From: Gammaproteobacteria bacterium
GTDB taxonomy: Bacteria; Pseudomonadota; Gammaproteobacteria; JABABF01
Length of the DNA: 64,000 nt
NCBI GenBank assembly: GCA_965215045.1
Contig: OZ244031.1
Location: forward strand, 1,476,807-1,540,806
Direction: 5' to 3'
Under the pieces are notes generated by a model that saw only the letters and a list, made by a program, of their open reading frames with translations, ran no database searches and was not told the origin of the DNA. This document shows positions 1 through 8,960 of this stretch, in pieces; position 1 is the stretch's first letter; each line of letters starts with the position of its first letter. Position numbers and translations under genes: made by a program.

Positions 1-1
1 C

Positions 2-1591
2 AAGGATTGGTGGACCAATGTGGTCATTATCACGGCGACGGCCAATTACCTGAACAAGGCGCACGTGCAATATCTCGAAGCACGACTGATTGACATTGCG
101 ACAAAAGTTCGCAAGCGCAGGCTTGACAACACGAACAAGTCCGCAGAGCCCTCCCTGTCCGAGGCGGACCAGTCGAGCATGGAGGGTTTCCTCGACCATA
201 CTTTGCTGGTCTTATCCTCCCTGGGCATCGACTGGTTTATCGATGACACACGCCCCGACGATCCCGATACGCTTCCATCTGCTCCAGCAGCGAAGCCAAG
301 ATCCAAACCCCCCAAAGTGCCCAAAGTGCCCAAAGTGCCCAAAGTGCCAGAGGTGGCAGAGGTGGCGGACGTGGCCTCAGTGGCGGCATCGCCAACATGG
401 AGGAGGCAGAGGAGACGGAGGAGACGGGTGGGCAAAGTGGCGAAAGTGGCGGCATCGCCGATCTTTGTGCTTAAGATACCCAAGCATGGCATTCGTGCGA
501 CCGCCCGGGTCAAAAAAGACGGGAAACTCGTCGTGCAAAAAGGTTCAAAAGCCCGATTGTCCTGGAGTGGCCGTCCGGATAATTCTTATGCCAAACGATT
601 CAAGCACCTTTGTGTGACAGGCGTTTTAAAAATATCCCGGGATGGCTCGCATCGTGTGTTTACGAAGGATCGTGCTTTTAGCAGTACAAGTGCTGCCGGT
701 GCGGCGGTCACCGGCTGGGAGACTAGAGGCCCTGTGTTATGGAAGACTGAAGATGGCGGCAAGACGTACAAGGAGTGGGAGGCGGAGCAAGCCGCGTCTA
801 AATCCAGAGCAGCCAAAGGGGCAAAAGTGGCGGAAGTGGCGGCATCGCCAACCTTTGTGCTTGAAGTACCCAGGCATGGCATTCGTGCGACCGCCCGGCT
901 CGGAAAAAACGGGAGATTTGTCGTGCAAAAAGGTTCCAAGGCCCGGTTGTCTTGGAGTGGCCGTCCGCATGGTCCTTCTGCCAAACGCTTCAAGCGCCTC
1001 TGTGCCACAGGCATTTTAAAAAAATCCGAGGACGGTTCGCATCGCGTGTTTACAAAGGATTGTGCTTTTAACAATACAAGTGCTGCCGGGGCGGCGGTCA
1101 CCGGTCGTGTGACTGGAGGCCCTGCGTCATGGAAGGCTGAAGATAGCAGCGGCAAGACGTACAAGGAGTGGGAGGCGGAGCAACCCGCGTCTAAATCCAG
1201 AGAAGCCAAAGTGGCAAAAGTGGCGGAAGTGGAGGCATCGCCAACCTTTGTGCTTAAGATACCCAGGCATGGCATTCGTGCGACCGCCCGGCTTGAAAAA
1301 GATGGGAGATTTGTCGTGCAAAAAGGTTCCAAAGCCCGATCGTCTTGGAGTGGCCCGCATACTGCTTATACCGAACTATTCAAGCGCCTCTGTGACACGG
1401 GCATTTTAAAAGTATCCCGGGATGGCTCGCATTGCGTGTTTACGGAGAATTATGCTTTTACCAGTCCAACTGCTGCCGGTGTTGCGGTCACCGGCCGTAC
1501 TACTAGCGGCCCTATGGAATGGAAGACTAAAGACAGCGGCAAGACGTACAAGGCGTGGGAGGCGGAGCAGCTCGCCTCTGCATCCGGGTAA
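2..1591 (+). CDS. GIY-YIG/DUF4357-type protein, 5' end outside window, with three tandem DUF4357-like modules
   Basis: The frame stays open to the window edge (KDWWTN precedes the GTG at 20). The N-terminal part (VIITATANYLNKAHVQYLEARLIDIA...) resembles the end of the nuclease-like domain usually fused to DUF4357. A PKVPKVPKV/EVAEVA linker follows. Then come three ~130-aa copies of ASPxFVLKIPxHGIRATAR..DGxxVVQKGSKA....FKxLCxTGILK.S.DGSH.VFT.D.AF.S.SAAGAAVTG....W.......GKTYKEWEAEQ. Confidence 0.55.
   Translation, partial: KDWWTNVVIITATANYLNKAHVQYLEARLIDIATKVRKRRLDNTNKSAEPSLSEADQSSMEGFLDHTLLVLSSLGIDWFIDDTRPDDPDTLPSAPAAKPRSKPPKVPKVPKVPKVPEVAEVADVASVAASPTWRRQRRRRRRVGKVAKVAASPIFVLKIPKHGIRATARVKKDGKLVVQKGSKARLSWSGRPDNSYAKRFKHLCVTGVLKISRDGSHRVFTKDRAFSSTSAAGAAVTGWETRGPVLWKTEDGGKTYKEWEAEQAASKSRAAKGAKVAEVAASPTFVLEVPRHGIRATARLGKNGRFVVQKGSKARLSWSGRPHGPSAKRFKRLCATGILKKSEDGSHRVFTKDCAFNNTSAAGAAVTGRVTGGPASWKAEDSSGKTYKEWEAEQPASKSREAKVAKVAEVEASPTFVLKIPRHGIRATARLEKDGRFVVQKGSKARSSWSGPHTAYTELFKRLCDTGILKVSRDGSHCVFTENYAFTSPTAAGVAVTGRTTSGPMEWKTKDSGKTYKAWEAEQLASASG
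311..391 (+). repeat. 9-bp in-frame tandem repeat (cccaaagtg x4, then degenerate gcagaggtg-type units)
   Basis: Direct reading: cccaaagtg at 311, 320, 329 and 338, then ccagaggtg/gcagaggtg/gcggacgtg/gcctcagtg. It encodes PKVPKVPKVPKVPEVAEVADVASVA. Confidence 0.85.
441..1591 (+). repeat. three ~390-bp tandem repeats (intragenic module triplication)
   Basis: The near-identical string gcg[ag]aagtgg[ca]ggcatcgcc..cctttgtgctt.a..tacccagGcatggcattcgtgcgaccgcccgg recurs at about 441, 831 and 1221. The protein modules align along their full length. Confidence 0.8.
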
Positions 1592-1601
1592 GCTGCCGCA
1601 G

Positions 1602-2156
1602 ATGAGCTCTGAGTCTGAAACACAACGGGTTCTCGAGCCGAAGAGGTTTCGGGCTGCGCACTGCGGCCAACTGGTGGGGGTGGATACGATTGAGTTGTCC
1701 GGCCAGGGGCGACACGGCTATGTGCTGACCCTGGTGGACCTGTACAGCCAGTTTGCTTTCGCACTGGGGACGCATTTGCATACGGATGCCGCCTCGGTGC
1801 AGTTCCTGGACCATGTCCTGCAGGTGTTTCCGGGAACCGTGGAGGCGGTGTTGAGCGATAACGGGCACGAATTCCAGGGGGGCTTTGACAAGGACCTGAA
1901 GGAGCGTGGAGTCCGGCATTATATTGCCCGTCCGAAATCTCCGAACATGAATGTGCACGTGGAGCGTTTCAAGCGGGTGGTACAGGAGGAATTCGTGCAA
2001 TTTGAGCAGGATTTGCTGTTCACGGATGTGCCGTTATTCAACGAGAGCCTCCTGGAGTGGCTGATGTTCTACAACACCGAGAGGCCCCATCACTCCCTGG
2101 GCGATCTCAGTCCGTTGGAGTTCCTGGTCCAGGAGCAGGGTCTGCCTCCCGAATGA
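1602..2156 (+). mobile_element. IS-type transposase remnant (integrase/rve catalytic core only, no N-terminal DNA-binding domain)
   Basis: The sequence ...GYVLTLVDLYSQFAF...VLSDNGHEFQ...YIARPKSPNMNVHVERF...FYNTERPHHSLGDLSP is typical of a DDE integrase core. The first ATG lies 11 nt after the upstream stop. I saw no HTH region and no terminal inverted repeats. Confidence 0.65.
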
Positions 2157-2380
2157 TGTCCCTCCCGGGTCTCATATATTGAAAACTCATACATACAGAG
2201 GTTTTGTTCGTCAATGCGGTCTAAAACCTTTTACTGACTTGGATTTTTATTTTTCAAACCAGTGCGAATTGATCTGCCGGGCTTGACATTCGGGTATATA
2301 ATAGCGGACGAGACAGAGACGGGTTGCAGCTGTTTTTGACTGTGTTTTCAACGGGCTGACATTGGTGAGGGCTACATGTC

Positions 2381-2668
2381 ATGGGTGAATTTAAATCATC
2401 TATTAAACCGCGGCTCAAATCCATCCTACAGTGGTTCAAGCTGATGCTGACACGGGGGACCACCATGCCTGAAAGTTTTATCTACCAGCATGATGAGGAT
2501 TCCCCTAAAGTTCGGTTTTATGTTGCCACGGGCGGTGTTTCGGTCCGGACACAGGATCTGGTCAAGAGTAAAAGATTCCAGAGACAAATGGCAATGTTGC
2601 GGGTGACAGTGGACGAGGCAATCAGGGAACGGGAGAGGAAAAAAAAGGAGGCCGATGAAGCGGTCTGA
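2381..2668 (+). CDS. hypothetical small protein (start uncertain; alternative ATG at 2465)
   Basis: An ORF in an AT-richer segment with a Lys/Glu-rich C-terminus. I recognise no family. Confidence 0.3.
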   Translation: MGEFKSSIKPRLKSILQWFKLMLTRGTTMPESFIYQHDEDSPKVRFYVATGGVSVRTQDLVKSKRFQRQMAMLRVTVDEAIRERERKKKEADEAV

Positions 2669-2796
2669 AAACCTGAAGGATATGCCGGGGTTTGGGAAGA
2701 AGCTTTGATAGTCCGGGTGCCATAAAGGGCGGCGGGCATCTGTCAACTGAAAACTGAAAACCTGCTTCACCGTTGCCCGGTGAGCGGTGCCATTCT

Positions 2797-3612
2797 ATGA
2801 ACACAAGCATAGTCCTGTTTATTCTCTTTGCAATTGCAGGGTACCAGTTTTTGAGGCGATGGAGCGGTTACACTCGTTACAAAACTGTCCGTCAGTCAGG
2901 CTATCACCTGTTTTTTAATTCTGTAATCGTCGGGCTTCTATTGATGGGTCTCGCCATGATTCCAGCAGGCGTTATTTCGTATCACACCTATGGACGTTTC
3001 TGGCCTGGTACAGCTGAAGCAATTTGGCTCACTTGGTTATTCAGTTTTTCATTGGCAATGCTGGTGCCAGAATGCATGCGGTGGCGGAATAATAAGAAAG
3101 TTCTGGTCTATGCTGTTATGCGAGCTGCCCGAGAAAGAGGAGACTATCGGAAGGTACTGCTGGAGACTGCTGCGCTTCAATCCGGGCTTGTGGAGTTGTC
3201 CCTGGAAAACGGCAAGACGTATATCGGTTTTGTTGTTGAGAGCGGGCTTTACAGTGAAGCCGAGGAGACTGATATATCGATTGCCCCGGTGTTGAGCGGT
3301 TACCGGGTGCCAAATACTCGTAAACTCTTCATTAGCTACGATTATGGAAAAGTTGTTTTGCCGTTATGGGATAGGCGTCGCCGAGTGGAGGGAGCACGAA
3401 ATATGACCGGAAGAGGTACGGACAGGAACGATGTTCCGGACGTTTGGAACCAGGATTTCTGTATCGTGGTGCCCATGAACAAAATTGAGATCGCACGGAT
3501 TGTCACCTTGGAACAATTTAAATATCACGTGGATGATGAGCTGGAGGTTATCGATGTGCCACCGGAAGAGAAAGCAACAGGCTCAATCCGGGCGGGACCT
3601 GGTAATGCGTAA
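2797..3612 (+). CDS. hypothetical membrane protein (about 3 N-terminal TM helices plus a ~170-aa soluble domain)
   Basis: An ATG at 2797 (MNTSIVLFILFAIAGYQFL) lies within ORF 2773..3612. Hydrophobic segments include IVLFILFAIAGY, LFFNSVIVGLLLMGLAMIPAGVI and IWLTWLFSFSLAMLV. The region is AT-richer than its flanks. Confidence 0.5.
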   Translation: MNTSIVLFILFAIAGYQFLRRWSGYTRYKTVRQSGYHLFFNSVIVGLLLMGLAMIPAGVISYHTYGRFWPGTAEAIWLTWLFSFSLAMLVPECMRWRNNKKVLVYAVMRAARERGDYRKVLLETAALQSGLVELSLENGKTYIGFVVESGLYSEAEETDISIAPVLSGYRVPNTRKLFISYDYGKVVLPLWDRRRRVEGARNMTGRGTDRNDVPDVWNQDFCIVVPMNKIEIARIVTLEQFKYHVDDELEVIDVPPEEKATGSIRAGPGNA

Positions 3613-3747
3613 TGCTCAATGGGTCGGCTTTCCCCCGGCAAACCGGCCGGAAAAACGGTGAGGGCAAGGGGTGTAATAGAATGCGGGCATGTATCTGCGG
3701 CATATACCTTGCCGCGGGGTTTTGAGCTGCAGAACGCGGGGGCGGCG

Positions 3748-4314
3748 ATGGGCCGGCGCAACAACCTGATTTGGATCGACTTGGAGATGAGCGGCCTGGA
3801 CGTGGACCGGGATCTCATCCTGGAGATCGCGGTGGTGGTCACCGACGAGAAGCTGAAGGTGGTGGCCGAGGGGCCGAACATCGCCATCCACCAGGCGGAC
3901 CAGGTGCTGGACAACATGGACGAGTGGAATACCACGCACCACGGGGATTCCGGGCTGACGGAACGGGTGCGCCAGAGCCAGGTGAACGAGGCGGAGGCCG
4001 AGCGGCAGGTGCTGGGGTTTCTGAAGCAGCACGCCGTGATTCACCGTTCGCCAATGTGCGGGAATTCAGTGCATCATGACCGCCTGTTTCTGCGGAAGTT
4101 CATGCCAAAACTGACGTCGTTTTTTCACTATCGCAACCTGGATATCAGCACTGTGAAGGAACTGGTGCGCCGCTGGCACCCGCAGTTGTGGAAACAGTGC
4201 CAGGACCGGCAGCCACAGCACGTGGCCCTGCAGGACGTGTATGACTCGATCGAGGAATTGCGTTTTTATCGCGAGCATTTCCTGCGCCTACCGGAGACGC
4301 GCACGGCATCCTAA
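3748..4314 (+). CDS. orn: oligoribonuclease
   Basis: NNLIWIDLEMSGLD...ILEIA.VVTD...MCGNSVHHDRLFL...HYRNLDISTVKEL is the DEDDh exonuclease pattern of Orn. The ATG at 3748 gives the normal ~188-aa size. Confidence 0.9.
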   Translation: MGRRNNLIWIDLEMSGLDVDRDLILEIAVVVTDEKLKVVAEGPNIAIHQADQVLDNMDEWNTTHHGDSGLTERVRQSQVNEAEAERQVLGFLKQHAVIHRSPMCGNSVHHDRLFLRKFMPKLTSFFHYRNLDISTVKELVRRWHPQLWKQCQDRQPQHVALQDVYDSIEELRFYREHFLRLPETRTAS

Positions 4315-4318
4315 AAGC

Positions 4319-4393
4319 GCGGCGGCCCCATGCCCAACTGCGCCGGTTCCGTGCCCAACCGCGCCGGCCCCATGCCTGACCGCGGTCCCCCGT
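4319..4393. repeat. ~21-bp tandem repeat (3.5 units) in the convergent orn/queG spacer
   Basis: Units read gcggcggccccatgcccaact / gcgccggttccgtgcccaacc / gcgccggccccatgcctgacc / gcggtcccccgt. Confidence 0.6.
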
Positions 4394-4395
4394 TC

Positions 4396-5460
4396 TCAAA
4401 CGCGGCTGACTGCGAGCGTCGCCTTCTTGCCCTTGTGCTGTTCCAGTGCCCAGTGCACGTGTTCCCGCACCAGGGCGGAGGGATCTTCAGAGCGGGCCTG
4501 CAGGGCCTTTTGATTTTCTGCACTGGGCGGCGCATTGCCCAGGGCCACGGCCAGGTTGCGCAGCCAGCACTCGTAGCGCAGGCGGCGCAGGGTGGAGCCC
4601 TCGGTGCGGCGCAGGAATTCTTCTTCGCTCCAGGCGAACAATTCATGCAGCGGTGTCCGGTCCAGGCGTTGGCGGGGCTGGAAATCGGGCTCGGCGCTGA
4701 GCTGTGCGTAGCGGTTCCACGGGCAGACTCTCTGGCATTCGTCGCAACCGAAGATGCGATTGCCGATCAGCGGACGCAGTTCTTCGGGGATGGAACCCTT
4801 GTATTCGATGGTCAGGTAGGAGATGCAGCGCCGGGCGTCGAGTTCCCCGGGGCCGGTGAAGGCGCGGGTCGGGCACAGGTCCAGGCAGGCGCGGCAGGTG
4901 CCGCACAGGCCGCGCTTCTGGGGTGCATCGACGGGCAGCGGCAGGTCGGTGTAGATGACGCCCAGGAAGAACCAGGAGCCGGCATGCCGGTTGATCAGCA
5001 TGGTGTTTTTGCCGACCCAACCGAGGCCGGCCTTGGCGGCCAGTGCCCGCTCGGGTACGGGCGCGCTGTCGACAAAGGCGCGAAAACGTCCACTGCCCGC
5101 GGCCTCCAGGATGCGCTTGGCGAGCCGGGCGAGCCGCCGGCGCATGAGCTTGTGGTAATCGCGCCCCAGGGCGTAGCGCGAGACGGAGGCGAGTTCCGGG
5201 TCCTGGTCGGCGGGCAGGTATTCCGCCGGCAGGTAATCCATGCGGCAGACGATGGCGCGCGCAACACCGGGAAACAGGAGTTCGGGTCGGCCGCGCTTGT
5301 CGGCGTGGCGCTCCATCCATTCCATTTCGCCGTGGTATCCCTGCGCCAGCCAGTGTTGCAGGCGTTCGCGCCAGTCTTCCAGCGCCACGTCACTGACGGC
5401 GGTCTGCTGAAAGCCCATTTCCCGGGCCCATCCGCGGACTTGTTCTTTGAGTTCCCGCAT
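4396..5460 (-). CDS. queG: tRNA epoxyqueuosine(34) reductase
   Basis: Two 4Fe-4S Cys clusters (CGTCRACLDLCPT, CDECQRVCPWN) and the C-terminal HEAT-like tail (VREHVHWAL). Its position next to nnr matches E. coli. Confidence 0.85.
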   Translation of the reverse strand: MRELKEQVRGWAREMGFQQTAVSDVALEDWRERLQHWLAQGYHGEMEWMERHADKRGRPELLFPGVARAIVCRMDYLPAEYLPADQDPELASVSRYALGRDYHKLMRRRLARLAKRILEAAGSGRFRAFVDSAPVPERALAAKAGLGWVGKNTMLINRHAGSWFFLGVIYTDLPLPVDAPQKRGLCGTCRACLDLCPTRAFTGPGELDARRCISYLTIEYKGSIPEELRPLIGNRIFGCDECQRVCPWNRYAQLSAEPDFQPRQRLDRTPLHELFAWSEEEFLRRTEGSTLRRLRYECWLRNLAVALGNAPPSAENQKALQARSEDPSALVREHVHWALEQHKGKKATLAVSRV

Positions 5461-5506
5461 GAATCCAGTTGTTATAATGCGTCTCCATTGCGCATTCTAA
5501 GCTCGC

Positions 5507-7069
5507 ATGCGGACCGAGTCCCGCGCGGTGCTTCGCCCGATGGTTCAATCTCAAAACTCTGCATTGCCTGTTTCGCTCTATCGCGCTGAACAGGTGCGGC
5601 AGTTGGACCGGATCGCCGGCCAGGAGTTCGGCATTCCCGGCATTCGCCTGATGTTGCGCGCCGGGCGCGCGGCCGCCGAACTGCTGCGCACACTGGAGGT
5701 GCCGCGCAAGCGGGTCCTGGTGCTGTGCGGTGCCGGCAACAATGGCGGCGACGGCCTGGTGCTGGCGGCCCGGTTGCAGCAGCGCGGCAGCCGGGTGCAG
5801 GTTGCCTGTCTCAAGTCACCCGCGGAATTGCAGGGTGACGCCGCCTTGGCCCGGGACTACGCCCTGGAGCAGGGGACGCCCCTGCTCTCCCTTGCGGAGC
5901 TCAACCCGGATGACCAGGACCTGCTGGTCGATGCGCTGTTGGGCACCGGGTTCCAGGGCGCATTGCGTAAGGAGTACTTGGACGCCATCGGGCAACTGAA
6001 TGCGGCACACGCCCCGGTGCTGTCGCTGGACCTGCCCTCGGGACTGGATGCAGACACCGGCACGGTGGCGGAAACCGCGGTGCGGGCCCGTTGGACCATG
6101 AGCTTCGGCGCCCTCAAGTGCGGGTTGTTTACCGGTGTCGGCCCGGAGTATGCGGGCGCAATTTACTGTGATGCGCTGGGCATTCCCGCCGCCGCACTGC
6201 AGGGGCTGGCCCCGGTGGCGCAGCGGCTGGTGCCGGGACGCACCCTGGACTTGCTGCCGCCCCGTCCGCGCCATGCGCACAAGGGAGACTTCGGCCACGT
6301 GCTGGTCATCGGCGGCAATCCCGGCATGTCGGGGGCGGTGCTGCTGGCGGGACAGGCGGCGTTGCGCTGCGGTGCGGGGCTGGTCTCGGTGGCGACGCAC
6401 CCGGAACATGCGCCCTGGCTCTCGGTGCACTGCCCGGAACTGATGGTGCACGGCATCGCCTCGGGGCCGGACATTGACGGGCTGTTGCAACGCGCCACGG
6501 TGCTGGTGGTCGGCCCGGGCCTGGGGCGCAATGCCTGGGCGGAGCAGATGTTGCAGCAGGCGCGCGATGCGGGGATGCCGACGGTGTGGGATGCCGACGC
6601 CCTGCGTATGCTGTGTGCGATGCACGAGGGCGCACTGCACGAGGGCTGTGTGCTGACGCCGCACCCGGGCGAGGCGGCGGCCTTGCTGGGTATGGACAAG
6701 GAGGTGGTGCAGGCGAATCGTTTTGCGTCGGCGACGGAGCTCAGCCGGCGCTTCGGGGCGGTGGCGGTGCTCAAGGGGGCGGGCACGCTGGTCTGTGATG
6801 GCGAGCGGACTTTTGTCTGTGAGCCTGGCAACCCGGGCATGGCCACGGGTGGTATGGGCGATGTGCTGAGCGGGGTCATCGGTGCCCTGCTGGCCCAGGG
6901 CTGTGCACCGCTGCAGGCCGCCTGCCTGGGTGTCTGGGCGCATGCCTGTGCCGGCGATGAGGCGGCCCGGGACGGGGAGCGGGGTCTGCTCGCCTCTGAC
7001 CTGTTCGCCGGTTTGCGCCGGGTGCTCAACGGTCCGGGCCGGGATTCCACGGGGGGGCGCGACTCGTGA
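5507..7069 (+). CDS. nnr: bifunctional NAD(P)H-hydrate repair enzyme (epimerase/ADP-dependent dehydratase)
   Basis: An N-terminal YjeF_N region (VLCGAGNNGGDGLV) and a C-terminal carbohydrate-kinase region (HKGDFGHVLVIGG, GNPGMATGGMGDVLSG). The start could be 5507 or 5540. Confidence 0.85.
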   Translation: MRTESRAVLRPMVQSQNSALPVSLYRAEQVRQLDRIAGQEFGIPGIRLMLRAGRAAAELLRTLEVPRKRVLVLCGAGNNGGDGLVLAARLQQRGSRVQVACLKSPAELQGDAALARDYALEQGTPLLSLAELNPDDQDLLVDALLGTGFQGALRKEYLDAIGQLNAAHAPVLSLDLPSGLDADTGTVAETAVRARWTMSFGALKCGLFTGVGPEYAGAIYCDALGIPAAALQGLAPVAQRLVPGRTLDLLPPRPRHAHKGDFGHVLVIGGNPGMSGAVLLAGQAALRCGAGLVSVATHPEHAPWLSVHCPELMVHGIASGPDIDGLLQRATVLVVGPGLGRNAWAEQMLQQARDAGMPTVWDADALRMLCAMHEGALHEGCVLTPHPGEAAALLGMDKEVVQANRFASATELSRRFGAVAVLKGAGTLVCDGERTFVCEPGNPGMATGGMGDVLSGVIGALLAQGCAPLQAACLGVWAHACAGDEAARDGERGLLASDLFAGLRRVLNGPGRDSTGGRDS

Positions 7070-7548
7070 GCGCCCTGGAGGGAAAAATTTTCTTGCCCGC
7101 CGCGGAGGACACGCTGGACTGCGGGGCGCACCTGGGAGCGGCCAGCGGCTGCCGGGGAGTGCTGTTTCTGCAGGGTGCCCTGGGTGCGGGCAAGACCACG
7201 CTGTGCCGCGGGATACTGCGCGGGTTGGGATACCCGGGGGTGGTGCGCAGTCCGACGTACACCCTGGTGGAGGCCTACACACTGGAGGCGGGGGAGGTGT
7301 TGCACTTGGACCTGTATCGCCTGGAGGAGGGGGCGGAGTTGGAGGACATCGGCATTCGCGATTACCTGGGTCGGCCCGCGCTGTACCTGGTGGAGTGGCC
7401 CGAGCGCGCCGCCGGCTTTCTGCCATCGCCCGACCTGCAGTTGCAGCTGCTCTGGGAAGGGGAGGGCCGGCGCCTGCAATGGACGGCGGGCAGCGCACAC
7501 GGCCAGGTGCTGGCCGGGGCCTTGCCCGCCCGCCTGGTGCAGGCGTGA
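7066..7548 (+). CDS. tsaE: tRNA t6A37 biosynthesis ATPase TsaE
   Basis: LQGALGAGKTTLCRGILRGLG...VRSPTYTLVEAY. The GTG start overlaps the nnr stop (GTGA). Confidence 0.85.
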   Translation: MSALEGKIFLPAAEDTLDCGAHLGAASGCRGVLFLQGALGAGKTTLCRGILRGLGYPGVVRSPTYTLVEAYTLEAGEVLHLDLYRLEEGAELEDIGIRDYLGRPALYLVEWPERAAGFLPSPDLQLQLLWEGEGRRLQWTAGSAHGQVLAGALPARLVQA

Positions 7549-7568
7549 GACGGCCCGGGAACGTTTTC

Positions 7569-8960
7569 ATGCGTAAGGTGCGCGAACTCCTCTACAGGCG
7601 GTCCGGGGTATACACGGGCACCCTGTTCTTTTGCCTCGCCCTGTACTGGCCGGCCCCGGTGGTACAGGCGGCGGAGAGCATTGACAAGATGCGCCTGTGG
7701 CGCTCGCCAGAGCGCACGCGCCTGGTCTTTGACCTGAGCGGTGCCCCGGACTACAAGCTCGAAACCCGGCGGCGCGGCAAGCGTATCGAAGTGCATTTTT
7801 CCGGGATGGAGACGCGCGCGGACCCCTCGGTGCTCGATTTCAGCGGCACGCCCATTCAAAACCTGTTCCTGGAGCGTCGCGCACCGGGGCACTTGTACCT
7901 GAACCTGGCACTGTCCCGGGCGGTGCGCCCGCGGCACTTTGTGCTGCCTCCCAACCCGCCGTATGGCCATCGCCTGGTGCTGGACCTCTACGACCACACT
8001 CCGCGGGTGCCCATTCCGGTCAAGACGGTCAGCGACCGGGCCGGCAAGCGGGATATCATCATCGCGGTGGACGCCGGCCATGGCGGCGATGACCCGGGAG
8101 CGGTGAGTGTCGACGGGGTGCAGGAGAAGGACCTGGTGCTGAGCATGGCGCGCGAACTCAAGCGGCAGTTGGGGCAACTCGCGGGCTTCAGTGCCTACCT
8201 GGTGCGCGACGGCGACTACTACGTCAGTCTCGGGGAACGGCGCGAGCGGGCGCGGCGCATGAAGGCGCACCTTTTGCTCTCGCTGCATGCCGATGCTTTT
8301 AACAGTCCCCAGGCGCACGGTTCCTCGGTCTACGCCCTGTCCCTGGAGGGTTCGACCAGCGCGGAGGCGCAGTTCCTGGCCGAGCGCGGCAACAAGGCGG
8401 ACCTGATGGGCGGCGTCGACCTGGAGGCGGCCAGCAAGCGCAATCCTTACCTGGCTGCCACGCTGCTGGACCTGGCGATCAACAGCGGCACCCTGGTCAG
8501 TGCCCTGGAACTGGGAGATCGTCTGCTGGCGACCATGAAACGGGTCAGCCACCTGCACAAGCCCGAGGTGGAGCGCGCCGCCTTTGCGGTGCTGAAGTCG
8601 CCCGACGTGCCTTCGCTGCTGATCGAAAGCGGTTTCATCTCCAACCCGCGGGACTTGCAGAACCTGGTGGACGCCGGTTACCGGCGGGCACTGGTCCGGG
8701 CGATCGTCGCCGGGGTGCACGAGTATTTCGTCGACAATCCGCCGGCGGGAACCCTGCTCGCCTGGCAGCGGGAACACCCGCAGAGCAACCTGGAGTACAT
8801 CATTCAAAAAGGGGATACACTGTGGGAAATTGCCAGAGACCACGGGGTCAGTGTGAAAAGTATCCTGGAACTGAACACGAGAAAGGATGCCGGCATCCGG
8901 GTGGGTGAGTGCCTGCTGATTCCCCGTGCGACCCGCGCCCGGGAGCGGGCGAAACCATGA
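7569..8960 (+). CDS. amiB: N-acetylmuramoyl-L-alanine amidase (AMIN + Amidase_3 + C-terminal LysM)
   Basis: The ATG at 7569 is followed by a signal-like segment. Features include [24 protein letters not shown] and a LysM motif ([27 protein letters not shown]). The tsaE-amiB-mutL gene order matches E. coli. Confidence 0.8.
   Translation: MRKVRELLYRRSGVYTGTLFFCLALYWPAPVVQAAESIDKMRLWRSPERTRLVFDLSGAPDYKLETRRRGKRIEVHFSGMETRADPSVLDFSGTPIQNLFLERRAPGHLYLNLALSRAVRPRHFVLPPNPPYGHRLVLDLYDHTPRVPIPVKTVSDRAGKRDIIIAVDAGHGGDDPGAVSVDGVQEKDLVLSMARELKRQLGQLAGFSAYLVRDGDYYVSLGERRERARRMKAHLLLSLHADAFNSPQAHGSSVYALSLEGSTSAEAQFLAERGNKADLMGGVDLEAASKRNPYLAATLLDLAINSGTLVSALELGDRLLATMKRVSHLHKPEVERAAFAVLKSPDVPSLLIESGFISNPRDLQNLVDAGYRRALVRAIVAGVHEYFVDNPPAGTLLAWQREHPQSNLEYIIQKGDTLWEIARDHGVSVKSILELNTRKDAGIRVGECLLIPRATRARERAKP

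Noticed and set aside
1422-1601. N-terminal 60 codons of ORF 1422..2156, which would extend the transposase
   Set aside because: This part overlaps the end of the DUF4357-module gene in another frame and translates to low-complexity Arg/Leu sequence. The integrase-like similarity only begins after the ATG at 1602.
5816-7570. 584-aa minus-strand ORF, and the similar 6163..7500 ORF, antisense to nnr/tsaE
   Set aside because: Arg/Pro/Ala/Gly-rich low-complexity translation that lies fully antisense to two well-supported genes. This is a typical high-GC shadow ORF.
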